Assembly (NCBI GenBank): GCA_035403625.1
Contig: DAONFN010000001.1
Location: 1 to 50,833, forward strand
Length of the DNA: 50,833 nucleotides
Origin: Bacteroidales bacterium
GTDB taxonomy: Bacteria > Bacteroidota > Bacteroidia > Bacteroidales > FEN-979
Direction of reading: 5' to 3'
The notes under the pieces were generated by a model. It did no database searches and was not told the origin of the DNA. It saw nothing but the letters and a program-made list of their open reading frames with translations. Position 1 is the stretch's first letter, and every line of letters starts with the position of its first letter. Positions 8,587 through 16,445 of the stretch are shown in pieces. A program made the position numbers and the translations under genes.

Positions 8587-9333
8587 ATGTTGCTCAGAGG
8601 TTTTCAGATCATCGGGAATTATGTGCTGCTGATGCAGAAGGTCTTCAGCCGGCCGCAGAAGGGGAAGATCTTCTGGAACCAGATGATGAACGAAATCCAG
8701 GGCCTCGGCCTTGAATCGCTGGGCATCGTCGCCTTCATCTCGGTTTTCATGGGGGCGGTCGTATCCATCCAGACCGCGTACAACATCACCAGCCCGCTGA
8801 TCCCCATGTCGATGGTGGGCTTCACCGTGCGCCAGAGCGTCATCCTCGAATTTTCTCCCACGGTGATCAGCCTGATCCTGGCGGGAAAGGTCGGATCCCG
8901 GATCGCCTCCGAAATCGGTACCATGCGGGTCACCGAGCAGATCGACGCACTCGAGATCATGGGGGTGAACTCGGCTAACTACCTGATCTTCCCAAAGATC
9001 GTCGCCTCCGTACTGATCAACCCGGTGCTCATCGTCTTCAGTATGTGGATGGGCATCCTCGGCGGATGGATTGCCATGGTAGCCAGCGGACTGGTTTCCA
9101 CTACCGATTTTGTCCATGGCATCCGGATCGATTTCCTGGGCTATACGATCTTCTATGCCCTCACCAAGACCATCTTTTTCGCCTTCATCATCTCGTCGGT
9201 TTCCGGTTTTTACGGCTATGTGACCCAGGGTGGCGCACTGGAAGTGGGGCAGGCCAGTACCAAAGCCGTGGTCGTCAGCAGTGTGATCATCATCCTTTTC
9301 AACCTCGTTCTGACCCAGCTCCTCCTGACATGA
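8587..9333 (+). CDS. mlaE: MlaE-family ABC transporter permease
   Basis: 248 aa, multi-TM, with the typical MlaE/Ttg2B sequence (…TEQIDALEIMGVNSANYLIFPKI…). The stop overlaps the next start (ATGA). Confidence 0.8.
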   Translation: MLLRGFQIIGNYVLLMQKVFSRPQKGKIFWNQMMNEIQGLGLESLGIVAFISVFMGAVVSIQTAYNITSPLIPMSMVGFTVRQSVILEFSPTVISLILAGKVGSRIASEIGTMRVTEQIDALEIMGVNSANYLIFPKIVASVLINPVLIVFSMWMGILGGWIAMVASGLVSTTDFVHGIRIDFLGYTIFYALTKTIFFAFIISSVSGFYGYVTQGGALEVGQASTKAVVVSSVIIILFNLVLTQLLLT

Positions 9334-10076
9334 TCGAAGCGCGAAACATCAACAAGGCTTTTACCGGGCATACCGTGCTCCGCGACGTGACGTGCAGTTT
9401 CGGGAAAGGGAAGACCAACCTCATTATCGGACAGAGCGGATCGGGGAAAACGGTGCTGATGAAGTGTCTGGTCGGGCTTTTCGAAGTTGATAGCGGCCAG
9501 GTCTTTTACGACGACCGCAATTTCACGGGGATGAATTTTGACGAGCGGAAAAACCTGCGGCAGGAGATCGGCATGCTCTTCCAGGGCGGGGCGCTGTTCG
9601 ATTCGATGAATGTAGAAGAAAACGTTATGTTCCCGCTCAACATGTTCACCAGCCAGACGCGGAAGGAGAAGCTCGACCGGGTCAACTTCGTGCTGAACCG
9701 GGTGAACCTCGACAATGTAAACCGTCTGATGCCTTCGGAGCTCAGCGGGGGGATGCGGAAACGAGTGGCCATCGCCCGTGCCATTGCCATGAACCCGAAA
9801 TACCTTTTCTGCGACGAGCCCAATTCGGGCCTCGACCCCCACACCTCGGGGGTCATCGACCACCTGATCCAGGAGATCACTGCCGAATACGACATCACCA
9901 CCATCGTCAACACCCACGACATGAACTCAGTGCTCAGCATCGGCGACAGCGTGGCCTTCATCTACCAGGGCCAGCTTTGGTGGAAAGGCGATAAAGAGAC
10001 CATCCTGCATACTTCGAACCCCGAACTCAACGATTTCGTGTTCGGAACTGAACTCACCTCCCGGTTAAAACGCTGA
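9330..10076 (+). CDS. mlaF: MlaF-like ABC transporter ATP-binding protein
   Basis: Walker A GQSGSGKT, signature LSGGMRKR and Walker B LFCDEP. Start set at MIEARNINKAF (9330), a 4-nt overlap with the mlaE stop. Confidence 0.85.
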   Translation: MIEARNINKAFTGHTVLRDVTCSFGKGKTNLIIGQSGSGKTVLMKCLVGLFEVDSGQVFYDDRNFTGMNFDERKNLRQEIGMLFQGGALFDSMNVEENVMFPLNMFTSQTRKEKLDRVNFVLNRVNLDNVNRLMPSELSGGMRKRVAIARAIAMNPKYLFCDEPNSGLDPHTSGVIDHLIQEITAEYDITTIVNTHDMNSVLSIGDSVAFIYQGQLWWKGDKETILHTSNPELNDFVFGTELTSRLKR

Positions 10077-10079
10077 CCC

Positions 10080-10628
10080 ATGGCGCTCAACGTGCTCGAT
10101 TACATCATGCTCGGCATCCTGGTGCTATTGATCATCCAGGGATTCATGAAAGGGTTCATCTCGTCGCTGGCCGCCATCGCCGCGCTGATCGTGGGCATCT
10201 GGGCCGCCATTCATTTTTCGAACTACATCGCCGCCCTGCTGACCGAGCATTTTCACCCGTCGCAGAAATGGCTCCCGGTGCTGGCGTATGTCATCACCTT
10301 CCTGCTGGTGGTGATCGCCCTCATGCTGCTGGCGAAACTGGCCGAAAAGCTGATCAACGCCACCGGGCTGGGCTTTCTCAACCGCCTCGGCGGAGGGCTG
10401 CTCGGCATTGTCAAAGGCGCGATCCTGGTGAGTGTTCTGATCCTCCTGCTTCAGCTCATCGATCCCCACGGGAAACTGGTCGCCGAAAAATACCGGAAAG
10501 AATCGTTCCTGTACAGCCGCATGGAACAGGTTGTGCCGAAAACGATGCGACTCCTGAAAACGGAGGTGAAACTGCCTTGGGTGAAGGAAGAAAAACAGCC
10601 GCCCGCACCCGCCAATCCTCCCGTTTGA
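10080..10628 (+). CDS. cvpA: CvpA-family membrane protein
   Basis: 182 aa with 4 predicted TM helices and an N-terminus MALNVLDYIMLGILVLLIIQGFMKGFISSL typical of colicin V production protein family members. Confidence 0.7.
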   Translation: MALNVLDYIMLGILVLLIIQGFMKGFISSLAAIAALIVGIWAAIHFSNYIAALLTEHFHPSQKWLPVLAYVITFLLVVIALMLLAKLAEKLINATGLGFLNRLGGGLLGIVKGAILVSVLILLLQLIDPHGKLVAEKYRKESFLYSRMEQVVPKTMRLLKTEVKLPWVKEEKQPPAPANPPV

Positions 10629-10650
10629 TTTTTTTCCTCAGAATTTTAAC

Positions 10651-11706
10651 ATGAGACGATGGCTGTCACGGATCCCCGCCCGATTTCAGGGGGAGAGCGT
10701 AACCCGTTGTGAACCCTGCCGCCTCTGTGGGGCTACAACCGGAATCCGGATTGGGAAGGTCGATTACTGGGATCTCCGTACCTCCGACCTGCTACAGTGT
10801 CCATCCTGTCGTCACATTCAGCTTGACCCCATGTTGAACGATGCCGAGACGGCCGCCGGCTGCCTGGCGTACTATTTCGAAGAACTTCAGCGGGTGGGGA
10901 AGAGGGAGACGGAAAAAAACGCCGAACGCAACTTCCGCCGGGGAGTGTTGTTCGGGTACAAGCTGAAACGCAAAGGGATCATTCCTGCAGAAGCGCTGGA
11001 AATGGGCCCCGGGTCGGGTTATTTCGCTGCCGGGCTGCGGTTCGTCTTTCCCGCGCTGAAGATGACGGTAATGGACGTGAACGCCGAAGTGCTGGCCCCG
11101 ATCCGCTCCACACACGGCTTCCTGACCCTGGAGGGAGTACCGGAACGGTTCGTGGAATCGTGCGAAAGCCGGTTCGACCTGGTCATCGCACGCGATTTGC
11201 TGGAACATGTTGCCGACGTGCCCGCCGCGATCCGGAACATTGTCCGCTACCTTGTTCCCGGAGGCCTCTTCCATTTCATTACCCCCAATGGACAGGAAGA
11301 TGTATGGAAACACTACCTGGCGGCGAAAATGGCCGGCCGGCCATCGGAACTGCTTATCAACCATGTCAATTACTTCGACGGGAATAGTCTGCGCAAATTG
11401 CTGGAACGCAACGGTCTGTCAGCGGTGGAGTATTACACCTACGGGATCAAGCGGACCCTGCGGGGCAACGGGTGGAAATCTTCAACTAAGCTGATGGCGG
11501 GGCTTTCGCGGGGGAAGAGAGTGGATGAACAATTGAACAGTATTCACAACGACTCCTCCGGGCCATTCCCTCTGAAAAAATGGTACATCATCCCGAAGCG
11601 ACCCCGGCTTACGTGGCTTTATTGTCTCTGGCATCACCATGAGATCTTGCGCCTGCCGCCCGAAGCCAATGTGGGTCACGAAATATGGGGAATATTCAGG
11701 AAATAG
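10651..11706 (+). CDS. Class I SAM-dependent methyltransferase with an N-terminal CxxC...CxxC zinc ribbon
   Basis: Motif I LEMGPGSGY, an acidic motif II region (MTVMDVN) and post-I DLVIARDLLEH. N-terminal CEPCRLC...CPSC. The 3' end overlaps the convergent GT9 gene by 11 bp. Confidence 0.7.
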   Translation: MRRWLSRIPARFQGESVTRCEPCRLCGATTGIRIGKVDYWDLRTSDLLQCPSCRHIQLDPMLNDAETAAGCLAYYFEELQRVGKRETEKNAERNFRRGVLFGYKLKRKGIIPAEALEMGPGSGYFAAGLRFVFPALKMTVMDVNAEVLAPIRSTHGFLTLEGVPERFVESCESRFDLVIARDLLEHVADVPAAIRNIVRYLVPGGLFHFITPNGQEDVWKHYLAAKMAGRPSELLINHVNYFDGNSLRKLLERNGLSAVEYYTYGIKRTLRGNGWKSSTKLMAGLSRGKRVDEQLNSIHNDSSGPFPLKKWYIIPKRPRLTWLYCLWHHHEILRLPPEANVGHEIWGIFRK

Positions 11707-12742
11707 CGCCGAGTTCGCTGACAACCGTTTCAGGGGTGATGCTGCGAATGCAGGTGCAATCCATGCTTTTCCGGCACTCATGACAGTTTTTTTCGATTAC
11801 CAGCGCGGTGGCGTTGCGTCCCAGGGGCGCCCAGCGGGTGGGGAAGATGGGTCGCATGGGCGCATAAAGGCCGATGGTTTTGATCCCCAGCATGGCGGCG
11901 ATGTGCAGGGGGCCGGTACTGGCCGCCACCAGCGCATCGGAAGAGGCAATCAGCGAGATCAGTTCAGTGAGGGTAAGTTTTCCGGTCAAGTCTTCGACTC
12001 TTCCCCGGTGCTTTTCCAGGAATCCGGTTATCAGCGCCCCTTCCTCTTTTGTCCCGGTGATGACGATCCGGTATCTTTCTGCCGGAAGGAGTTCAATCAG
12101 CCGCGAAAAATTACCGAGCCCCCACTCGCGGGCGCTGCCCTTCGATTTGGGGTGGAGGATGACGGTTACCTCAACCCCCGGCCCCTTCTCCTTCAGGAGA
12201 AGGGGAGGCACCCCTCTCCCAGGGGAGAGGGGTTGGGGGTGAGGCATAAGCCCCACGACCTCATCCAGCGTATATTTCCGCCGGATCCCCAGCCCTTTCA
12301 GCAGTTCCAGGTTGAGTTGAGCCTCGTGCAGATTCGAATTCTTCCGCGGGATGTGCAGCAGGCGGTTGCAGGTCAGCCAGGTGAAAAAGCGCCCGGCGGT
12401 GGCGATGCGCAGCGGGATTTTCGCCCTCATCGCCGTCCGGCAGACCGCTCTGTCGGGGAAGACATGGACGATGGTGTCGGCACGGAGCTTTTGCAGGAAC
12501 AATACTCTCTGCGTCTCTGCGTCTCTGCGATCATTTGAAATCAGCGGATCACCCAATGAGGTGCGGGGTTCCCAGCAAACGATCTCATCCACCCCGGGGC
12601 ACAATTCCACTACCGGGCGGGTGTATTCGCGGCAAAGAAAAATAACGGTACAGCCGGGAATTGCCTGTTTCAGCACGGCAACCATCGGCAGCGTCAGAAC
12701 GACGTCACCGATACTGTCGGTCCGGCTGAGGATGATGCGCAT
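11696..12742 (-). CDS. Glycosyltransferase family 9 (heptosyltransferase-like, LPS core type)
   Basis: N-terminus [20 protein letters not shown] and C-terminal domain ...HPKSKGSAREW...GPLHIAAMLG... are typical of GT9. The gene contains two in-frame repeat elements (listed as separate features). Confidence 0.8.
   Translation of the reverse strand: MRIILSRTDSIGDVVLTLPMVAVLKQAIPGCTVIFLCREYTRPVVELCPGVDEIVCWEPRTSLGDPLISNDRRDAETQRVLFLQKLRADTIVHVFPDRAVCRTAMRAKIPLRIATAGRFFTWLTCNRLLHIPRKNSNLHEAQLNLELLKGLGIRRKYTLDEVVGLMPHPQPLSPGRGVPPLLLKEKGPGVEVTVILHPKSKGSAREWGLGNFSRLIELLPAERYRIVITGTKEEGALITGFLEKHRGRVEDLTGKLTLTELISLIASSDALVAASTGPLHIAAMLGIKTIGLYAPMRPIFPTRWAPLGRNATALVIEKNCHECRKSMDCTCIRSITPETVVSELGAIS
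12182..12232. repeat. Two adjacent perfect 10-bp palindromes inside the GT9 CDS
   Basis: CCCCTTCTCC-ttca-GGAGAAGGGG (12182-12205) and CCCCTCTCCC-ag-GGGAGAGGGG (12211-12232). Together they encode the interdomain linker ...PQPLSPGRGVPPLLLKEKGP... Confidence 0.9.
12506..12529. repeat. 3 perfect tandem octamers TCTCTGCG inside the GT9 CDS
   Basis: Read directly: tctctgcg x3 (24 nt, in frame). They encode RRDAETQR on the minus strand. Confidence 0.95.
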
Positions 12743-13932
12743 TATCCCAGGATGGCCTGGATGCCGGGAAGCTGCTTGCCTTCGATATATTCGAGCATGG
12801 CGCCGCCGCCGGTCGAGACGTAGCCGACCTTGTCGGCCAGCCCGTACTTGTTGACGGCTGCCACCGAATCACCGCCGCCCACCAGGGTGAAAATGCCATT
12901 GGCCGTGGCTTTCGCCAGCGCTTCGGCAATGAACTTGGTGCCGGCTTCGTAGTTGTTCATCTCGAACACGCCCATCGGGCCGTTCCAGAGGATGGTGCCC
13001 GACTGCTCGATGACGTGTGCGAACTTGGCGCAGGCCGACGGACCGATATCGAGGCCCATCCAGGGAACCTGGATCTCGTAGGCGCTGCTGGTCCTTTTGT
13101 TGGCGTCGTTGGAGAAGGCGTCGGCCAGTACCGCGTCGGCGGGGATGTAAAGGTTGATGCCCTTTTCCTTTGCCCGTTCGAGGATGTTCTTCGCCATTTC
13201 GACAAAATCCTCTTCGACCATCGAAGCGCCGGTTTCGCCGCCCTGGGCCTTGATGAAGGTGAACATCATCCCGCCGCCGATGATCAGGTTGTCGACCTTA
13301 TCCATCAGGTGGTTGATGATCTCGATCTTGGTCGATACCTTGGCGCCGCCGAGGATGGCGGTGATCGGGTGCCTGCCGTCCTTCAGGCATTTGTCGATGT
13401 TGATGATCTCGTTGGCCATCACATAGCCGAACATCTTGTTTTGCGGGAAGAATTCCGCGATGATGGCGGTGGAGGCGTGGGCGCGGTGGGCTGTGCCGAA
13501 AGCGTCGTTTACGTACAGGTCGCCCAGCACGGAAAGCTTGCGTGCAAATTCGCGGTCACCCTTCTCCTCTTCCTTGTAGAATCGGAGGTTTTCAAGTAAT
13601 AGGACTTCGCCCGGCTGCAGCGAGGCGGCGAGATCGGTGGCGCTTTGCCCGATGCAATCGTCGGCGAACTTCACCGGACGGCCCAGCCGTTGCGAAAGCA
13701 CCGGGATGACGTGTTTCAGCGAATATTTTTCTTCGGGGCCGCCCTTGGGCCGGCCTAGATGCGACATCAGGATCACCGACCCGCCGCCGTTCAGGATATG
13801 GTTGATCGTAGGAATGGTGGCGTCGATGCGTGTGGAATCCGTCACATGGAATTCGCTGTCGAGTGGTACGTTGAAATCAACCCGGATCAGCGCTTTTTTT
13901 CCGTTAAACGAGAAATTATCAATGGTTTGCAT
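12742..13932 (-). CDS. pgk: Phosphoglycerate kinase
   Basis: [29 protein letters not shown] and the overall sequence are unmistakably Pgk. Start set at MQTIDNF (13932). The stop shares one nucleotide with the GT9 start (TAATG). Confidence 0.95.
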   Translation of the reverse strand: MQTIDNFSFNGKKALIRVDFNVPLDSEFHVTDSTRIDATIPTINHILNGGGSVILMSHLGRPKGGPEEKYSLKHVIPVLSQRLGRPVKFADDCIGQSATDLAASLQPGEVLLLENLRFYKEEEKGDREFARKLSVLGDLYVNDAFGTAHRAHASTAIIAEFFPQNKMFGYVMANEIINIDKCLKDGRHPITAILGGAKVSTKIEIINHLMDKVDNLIIGGGMMFTFIKAQGGETGASMVEEDFVEMAKNILERAKEKGINLYIPADAVLADAFSNDANKRTSSAYEIQVPWMGLDIGPSACAKFAHVIEQSGTILWNGPMGVFEMNNYEAGTKFIAEALAKATANGIFTLVGGGDSVAAVNKYGLADKVGYVSTGGGAMLEYIEGKQLPGIQAILG

Positions 13933-13956
13933 GTGTGAATGATTTGAATGCAGGAG

Positions 13957-13964
13957 CAAAAGTA
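13957..13964 (-). promoter_or_regulatory. -7 promoter box TACTTTTG for pgk
   Basis: The plus strand reads CAAAAGTA, 25 bp upstream of the ATG at 13932. It is part of a 31-nt module repeated in inverted orientation at 15584-15614. Confidence 0.65.
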
Positions 13965-13972
13965 CGGTTTTT

Positions 13973-14033
13973 TGGTGACGAGGTGACGAAGGTGATGGAA
14001 GTGACGGAGGTGACAGGGTAACAAAGCAACAGG
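13973..14033. repeat. Tandem GTGACG-type units (period 8-10) followed by GTAACA/GCAACA units
   Basis: Read directly: tggtgacg aggtgacga aggtgatgga agtgacgg aggtgacagg gtaacaaa gcaacagg. It shares 15 identical nt with the tract at 25-58. Confidence 0.85.
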
Positions 14034-14199
14034 AGAAGCGGGGAGGCGTTGCCTGATGGTATCGGGATTGCGGGTAATTTTCGGAAGGGGACTGTCACGA
14101 AAGGCATCAACATAGATCCTATCCCTTGGCAGCTTCACTGAAAACAGAAAAACCGATCTCTGAATAAAACTAAAAAATAAAAGATTGAATTTGAAATAT

Positions 14200-14207
14200 T
14201 AGTTTTG
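14200..14207 (+). promoter_or_regulatory. -7 promoter box TAGTTTTG for the AAA ATPase gene
   Basis: Full TAnnTTTG match 18 bp upstream of the ATG at 14225. This placement favours 14225 over the ORF-track start at 14210. Confidence 0.5.
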
Positions 14208-14224
14208 AGATGTATCTTTGCAGC

Positions 14225-15379
14225 ATGATCCATCGCCTTGCAGAACATACGGTCAGGGACCTGCTCGGGGGCTTTCCCTGTGTTGCCCTCATCGGACCCC
14301 GTCAGGTAGGGAAAACTACGCTGGCCAAAAAGATCAGGGAGTTTTACCCCCAGAGTATTTATCTCGATCTTGAGATGAGAAGTGATTTTATTCGGTTGGA
14401 GGATCCCGAAACATATCTTGGCCAATTTATTGACCGGTTGATCATCATTGACGAAGTACAGCGAAAAAGAGAACTGTTTCCTGTGTTACGGGCAATGATT
14501 GACAGGCACCGGGTGCCGGGCAGGTTTCTGTTGCTGGGATCGGCGGCCCCCGAACTACTACGAAACAGTTCCGAGACCCTGGCCGGCAGGATCGCCTATT
14601 GTCCGCTGACTCCGTTGCAGATCAAGGAAGTCGTACCACGTTACCCGGTTACGGACTTATGGTTCTACGGAGGATTTCCGGATCCCTTCCTGAACCGGAA
14701 ATACTGGTTACCCTGGATGAATAATTTCATCAGAACCTATGTGGAAAGGGACCTTCCCAACCTGGGATTCCCGGCCGACCGGCGAACCGGCGAGAGGATC
14801 TGGATGATGCTGGCCCATTACCACGGCGGAATAGTTAATTATGCCGAAATCGGTAAAAGCCTCGATCTGAGCCAGCCGACCGTGAAAAAGTACATTGGAT
14901 TCCTGGAAAGCACCTTCCTGGTCCGGCTTATCAAACCTTTTCATTCCAATGCCGGAAAAAGACTGGTAAAATCGCCTAAGGTCTATCTGACCGATTCCGG
15001 GATATTCCACTTTTTCCTTGGAATCGAGACCCTTGACCAACTGTATGGTCATCCTAAAATCGGGGTCTCCTGGGAGGGGTTTGCCATCGAGCAGATCATT
15101 TCAGCCTTACCGGTCAACTGCCGGTATTACTTTTACCGAACACACGATGGGGCGGAACTCGATCTGGTGATCACCCGGGGTGACAAACCGGTGGCCGGCA
15201 TTGAGATCAAATTCGGGTCGGATTTCCGCGTCTCGCGGGGGAACACCGAAGCGGTACGAACGCTGGCTGTCACAAACAAATTCATCGTTATCAGGGATGA
15301 TGAGGACTACCTGTTATCCGATGGGTTCAGGGTTATCGGCCTTGCCGGATTTATTTCGAAGCACCTTCCAACAATTTGA
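14225..15379 (+). CDS. AAA-family ATPase with a DUF4143-like C-terminal region
   Basis: Walker A GPRQVGKTT and Walker B-like LIIIDEVQ. The length and the C-terminal ...KVYLTDSG... pattern are typical of the widespread ATP-binding (AAA plus DUF4143) family. Confidence 0.75.
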   Translation: MIHRLAEHTVRDLLGGFPCVALIGPRQVGKTTLAKKIREFYPQSIYLDLEMRSDFIRLEDPETYLGQFIDRLIIIDEVQRKRELFPVLRAMIDRHRVPGRFLLLGSAAPELLRNSSETLAGRIAYCPLTPLQIKEVVPRYPVTDLWFYGGFPDPFLNRKYWLPWMNNFIRTYVERDLPNLGFPADRRTGERIWMMLAHYHGGIVNYAEIGKSLDLSQPTVKKYIGFLESTFLVRLIKPFHSNAGKRLVKSPKVYLTDSGIFHFFLGIETLDQLYGHPKIGVSWEGFAIEQIISALPVNCRYYFYRTHDGAELDLVITRGDKPVAGIEIKFGSDFRVSRGNTEAVRTLAVTNKFIVIRDDEDYLLSDGFRVIGLAGFISKHLPTI

Positions 15380-15401
15380 TATTCAACAAACAGGGCTTAG
15401 A

Positions 15402-15600
15402 GGTGGTGGTGGAATAGTCGCAAGTCGCAAGTCACAAGTCGCAAGTTTCCGCCTGCGGCGGGCATTTGTATAATGATCTGCAAGAAGGATTATTAAAACC
15501 ATAAACCATATTCCCGAAGGGAAAACTTAAAACTTGAGACTTGAGACTTAAAACTGTCCGTTACTGGTTGAGACCCTGACCCTGTCACCTCTTCACCAAA
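15402..15600. repeat. Composite spacer made almost entirely of short tandem-repeat blocks
   Basis: GGT x3.7 (15402-15412); AGTCGCA x4 (15416-15443); AAACCAT x2 (15496-15509); hairpin TTCCC-gaa-GGGAA (15511-15523); (A/G)ACTT(A/G)A x4 (15524-15551); then a 7-nt register continuing through ACCCTGA CCCTGTC ACCTCTT to 15600. Confidence 0.85.
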
Positions 15601-15606
15601 AAATCG

Positions 15607-15614
15607 TACTTTTA
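15607..15614 (+). promoter_or_regulatory. Near-consensus -7 box TACTTTTA for the nitrilase-family gene
   Basis: One mismatch to TAnnTTTG, 25 bp upstream of the ATG at 15639. It is embedded in the 31-nt module shared (28/31) with the pgk promoter. Confidence 0.45.
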
Positions 15615-15638
15615 CCCGGGAAAAACCAACCCGATGTC

Positions 15639-16442
15639 ATGGAAGATCTGCGCGTAACGCTGGTTCAGTCGGATATTTGCTGGGAGAACGCACCGGAAAA
15701 CCTGGCCCGGTTCGGCCGGCTGCTGGAGCGCATTCCGGCGGGAAGCACCGATCTCATCCTCCTCCCCGAGATGTTCAACACCGGCTTTTCCATCAACCCA
15801 GCCCTGTGCGCCGAAACGATGGACGGCCCCTCCGTGACCTTCCTCCGCGAAACCGCCCGGAAACACCAGGCTGCCGTGATGGCTACCCTGTTGATCCGCG
15901 AAGGAAAGGTGTGCGTTAACCGGTTGATCTGCGCCCACCCCGGCGGCCGGCTCGAACACGGCGACAAACGCCACCTTTTCCGCCTAAGCGAAGAGTTTAA
16001 GATCATCAAAGCCGGGTCGGAAAAGCTGACCGTAGAGATCAACGGCTGGAAGATCCGCCCGCTGGTGTGCTACGACCTGAGGTTCCCGGTATGGGCCAAA
16101 AACACCTGGAAAGAAGGCGTTTATGAGTACGACCTGCTGGTTTACCTCGCCAACTGGCCCGCCAGCCGCATGTTCGTATGGGATACCCTGCTGACCGCCC
16201 GGGCCATCGAAAACCAGGCTTGCCTGGCCGCCGCCAACCGCATCGGTATCGACGGCTTCGGAACCGGCCACACCGGCGGTTCGGTGGCCCTCGACGCCAA
16301 AGGACAACCCCTCTTCCGGGCTCCGGAAAACACCGAGTCGGTCCAAACGGTCACATTCTCGGCCCCCTCACTCCGCCTATTTCGCGATTCATTCACGGTA
16401 GGCATGGACTGGGACTCCTTCACCCTTCAGCTAAAAAAATAA
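15639..16442 (+). CDS. Carbon-nitrogen hydrolase (nitrilase superfamily) amidohydrolase, omega-amidase/YafV-like
   Basis: Glu-Lys-Cys triad contexts LLPEMF, GDKRHLF and LVCYDLRFP; 267 aa. Confidence 0.85.
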   Translation: MEDLRVTLVQSDICWENAPENLARFGRLLERIPAGSTDLILLPEMFNTGFSINPALCAETMDGPSVTFLRETARKHQAAVMATLLIREGKVCVNRLICAHPGGRLEHGDKRHLFRLSEEFKIIKAGSEKLTVEINGWKIRPLVCYDLRFPVWAKNTWKEGVYEYDLLVYLANWPASRMFVWDTLLTARAIENQACLAAANRIGIDGFGTGHTGGSVALDAKGQPLFRAPENTESVQTVTFSAPSLRLFRDSFTVGMDWDSFTLQLKK

Positions 16443-16445
16443 TCC

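Noticed and set aside
8587-10076. The MlaEF-like ABC genes considered as the missing pump for the TolC/adaptor pair at 29-32 kb.
   Set aside because: They belong to a different ABC family (lipid-trafficking type, not MacB/FtsX). They are 19 kb away on the other strand and sit in their own tightly coupled operon with cvpA and a methyltransferase.
14225-15379. The stand-alone AAA/DUF4143 ATPase considered as a defence system or mobile-element cargo.
   Set aside because: It is a single gene with no nuclease, integrase, transposase or partner gene. The flanking 31-nt inverted modules are better explained as promoters of the neighbouring genes, since a third similar copy lies upstream of ispG. 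It is kept only as an alternative reading in the findings.
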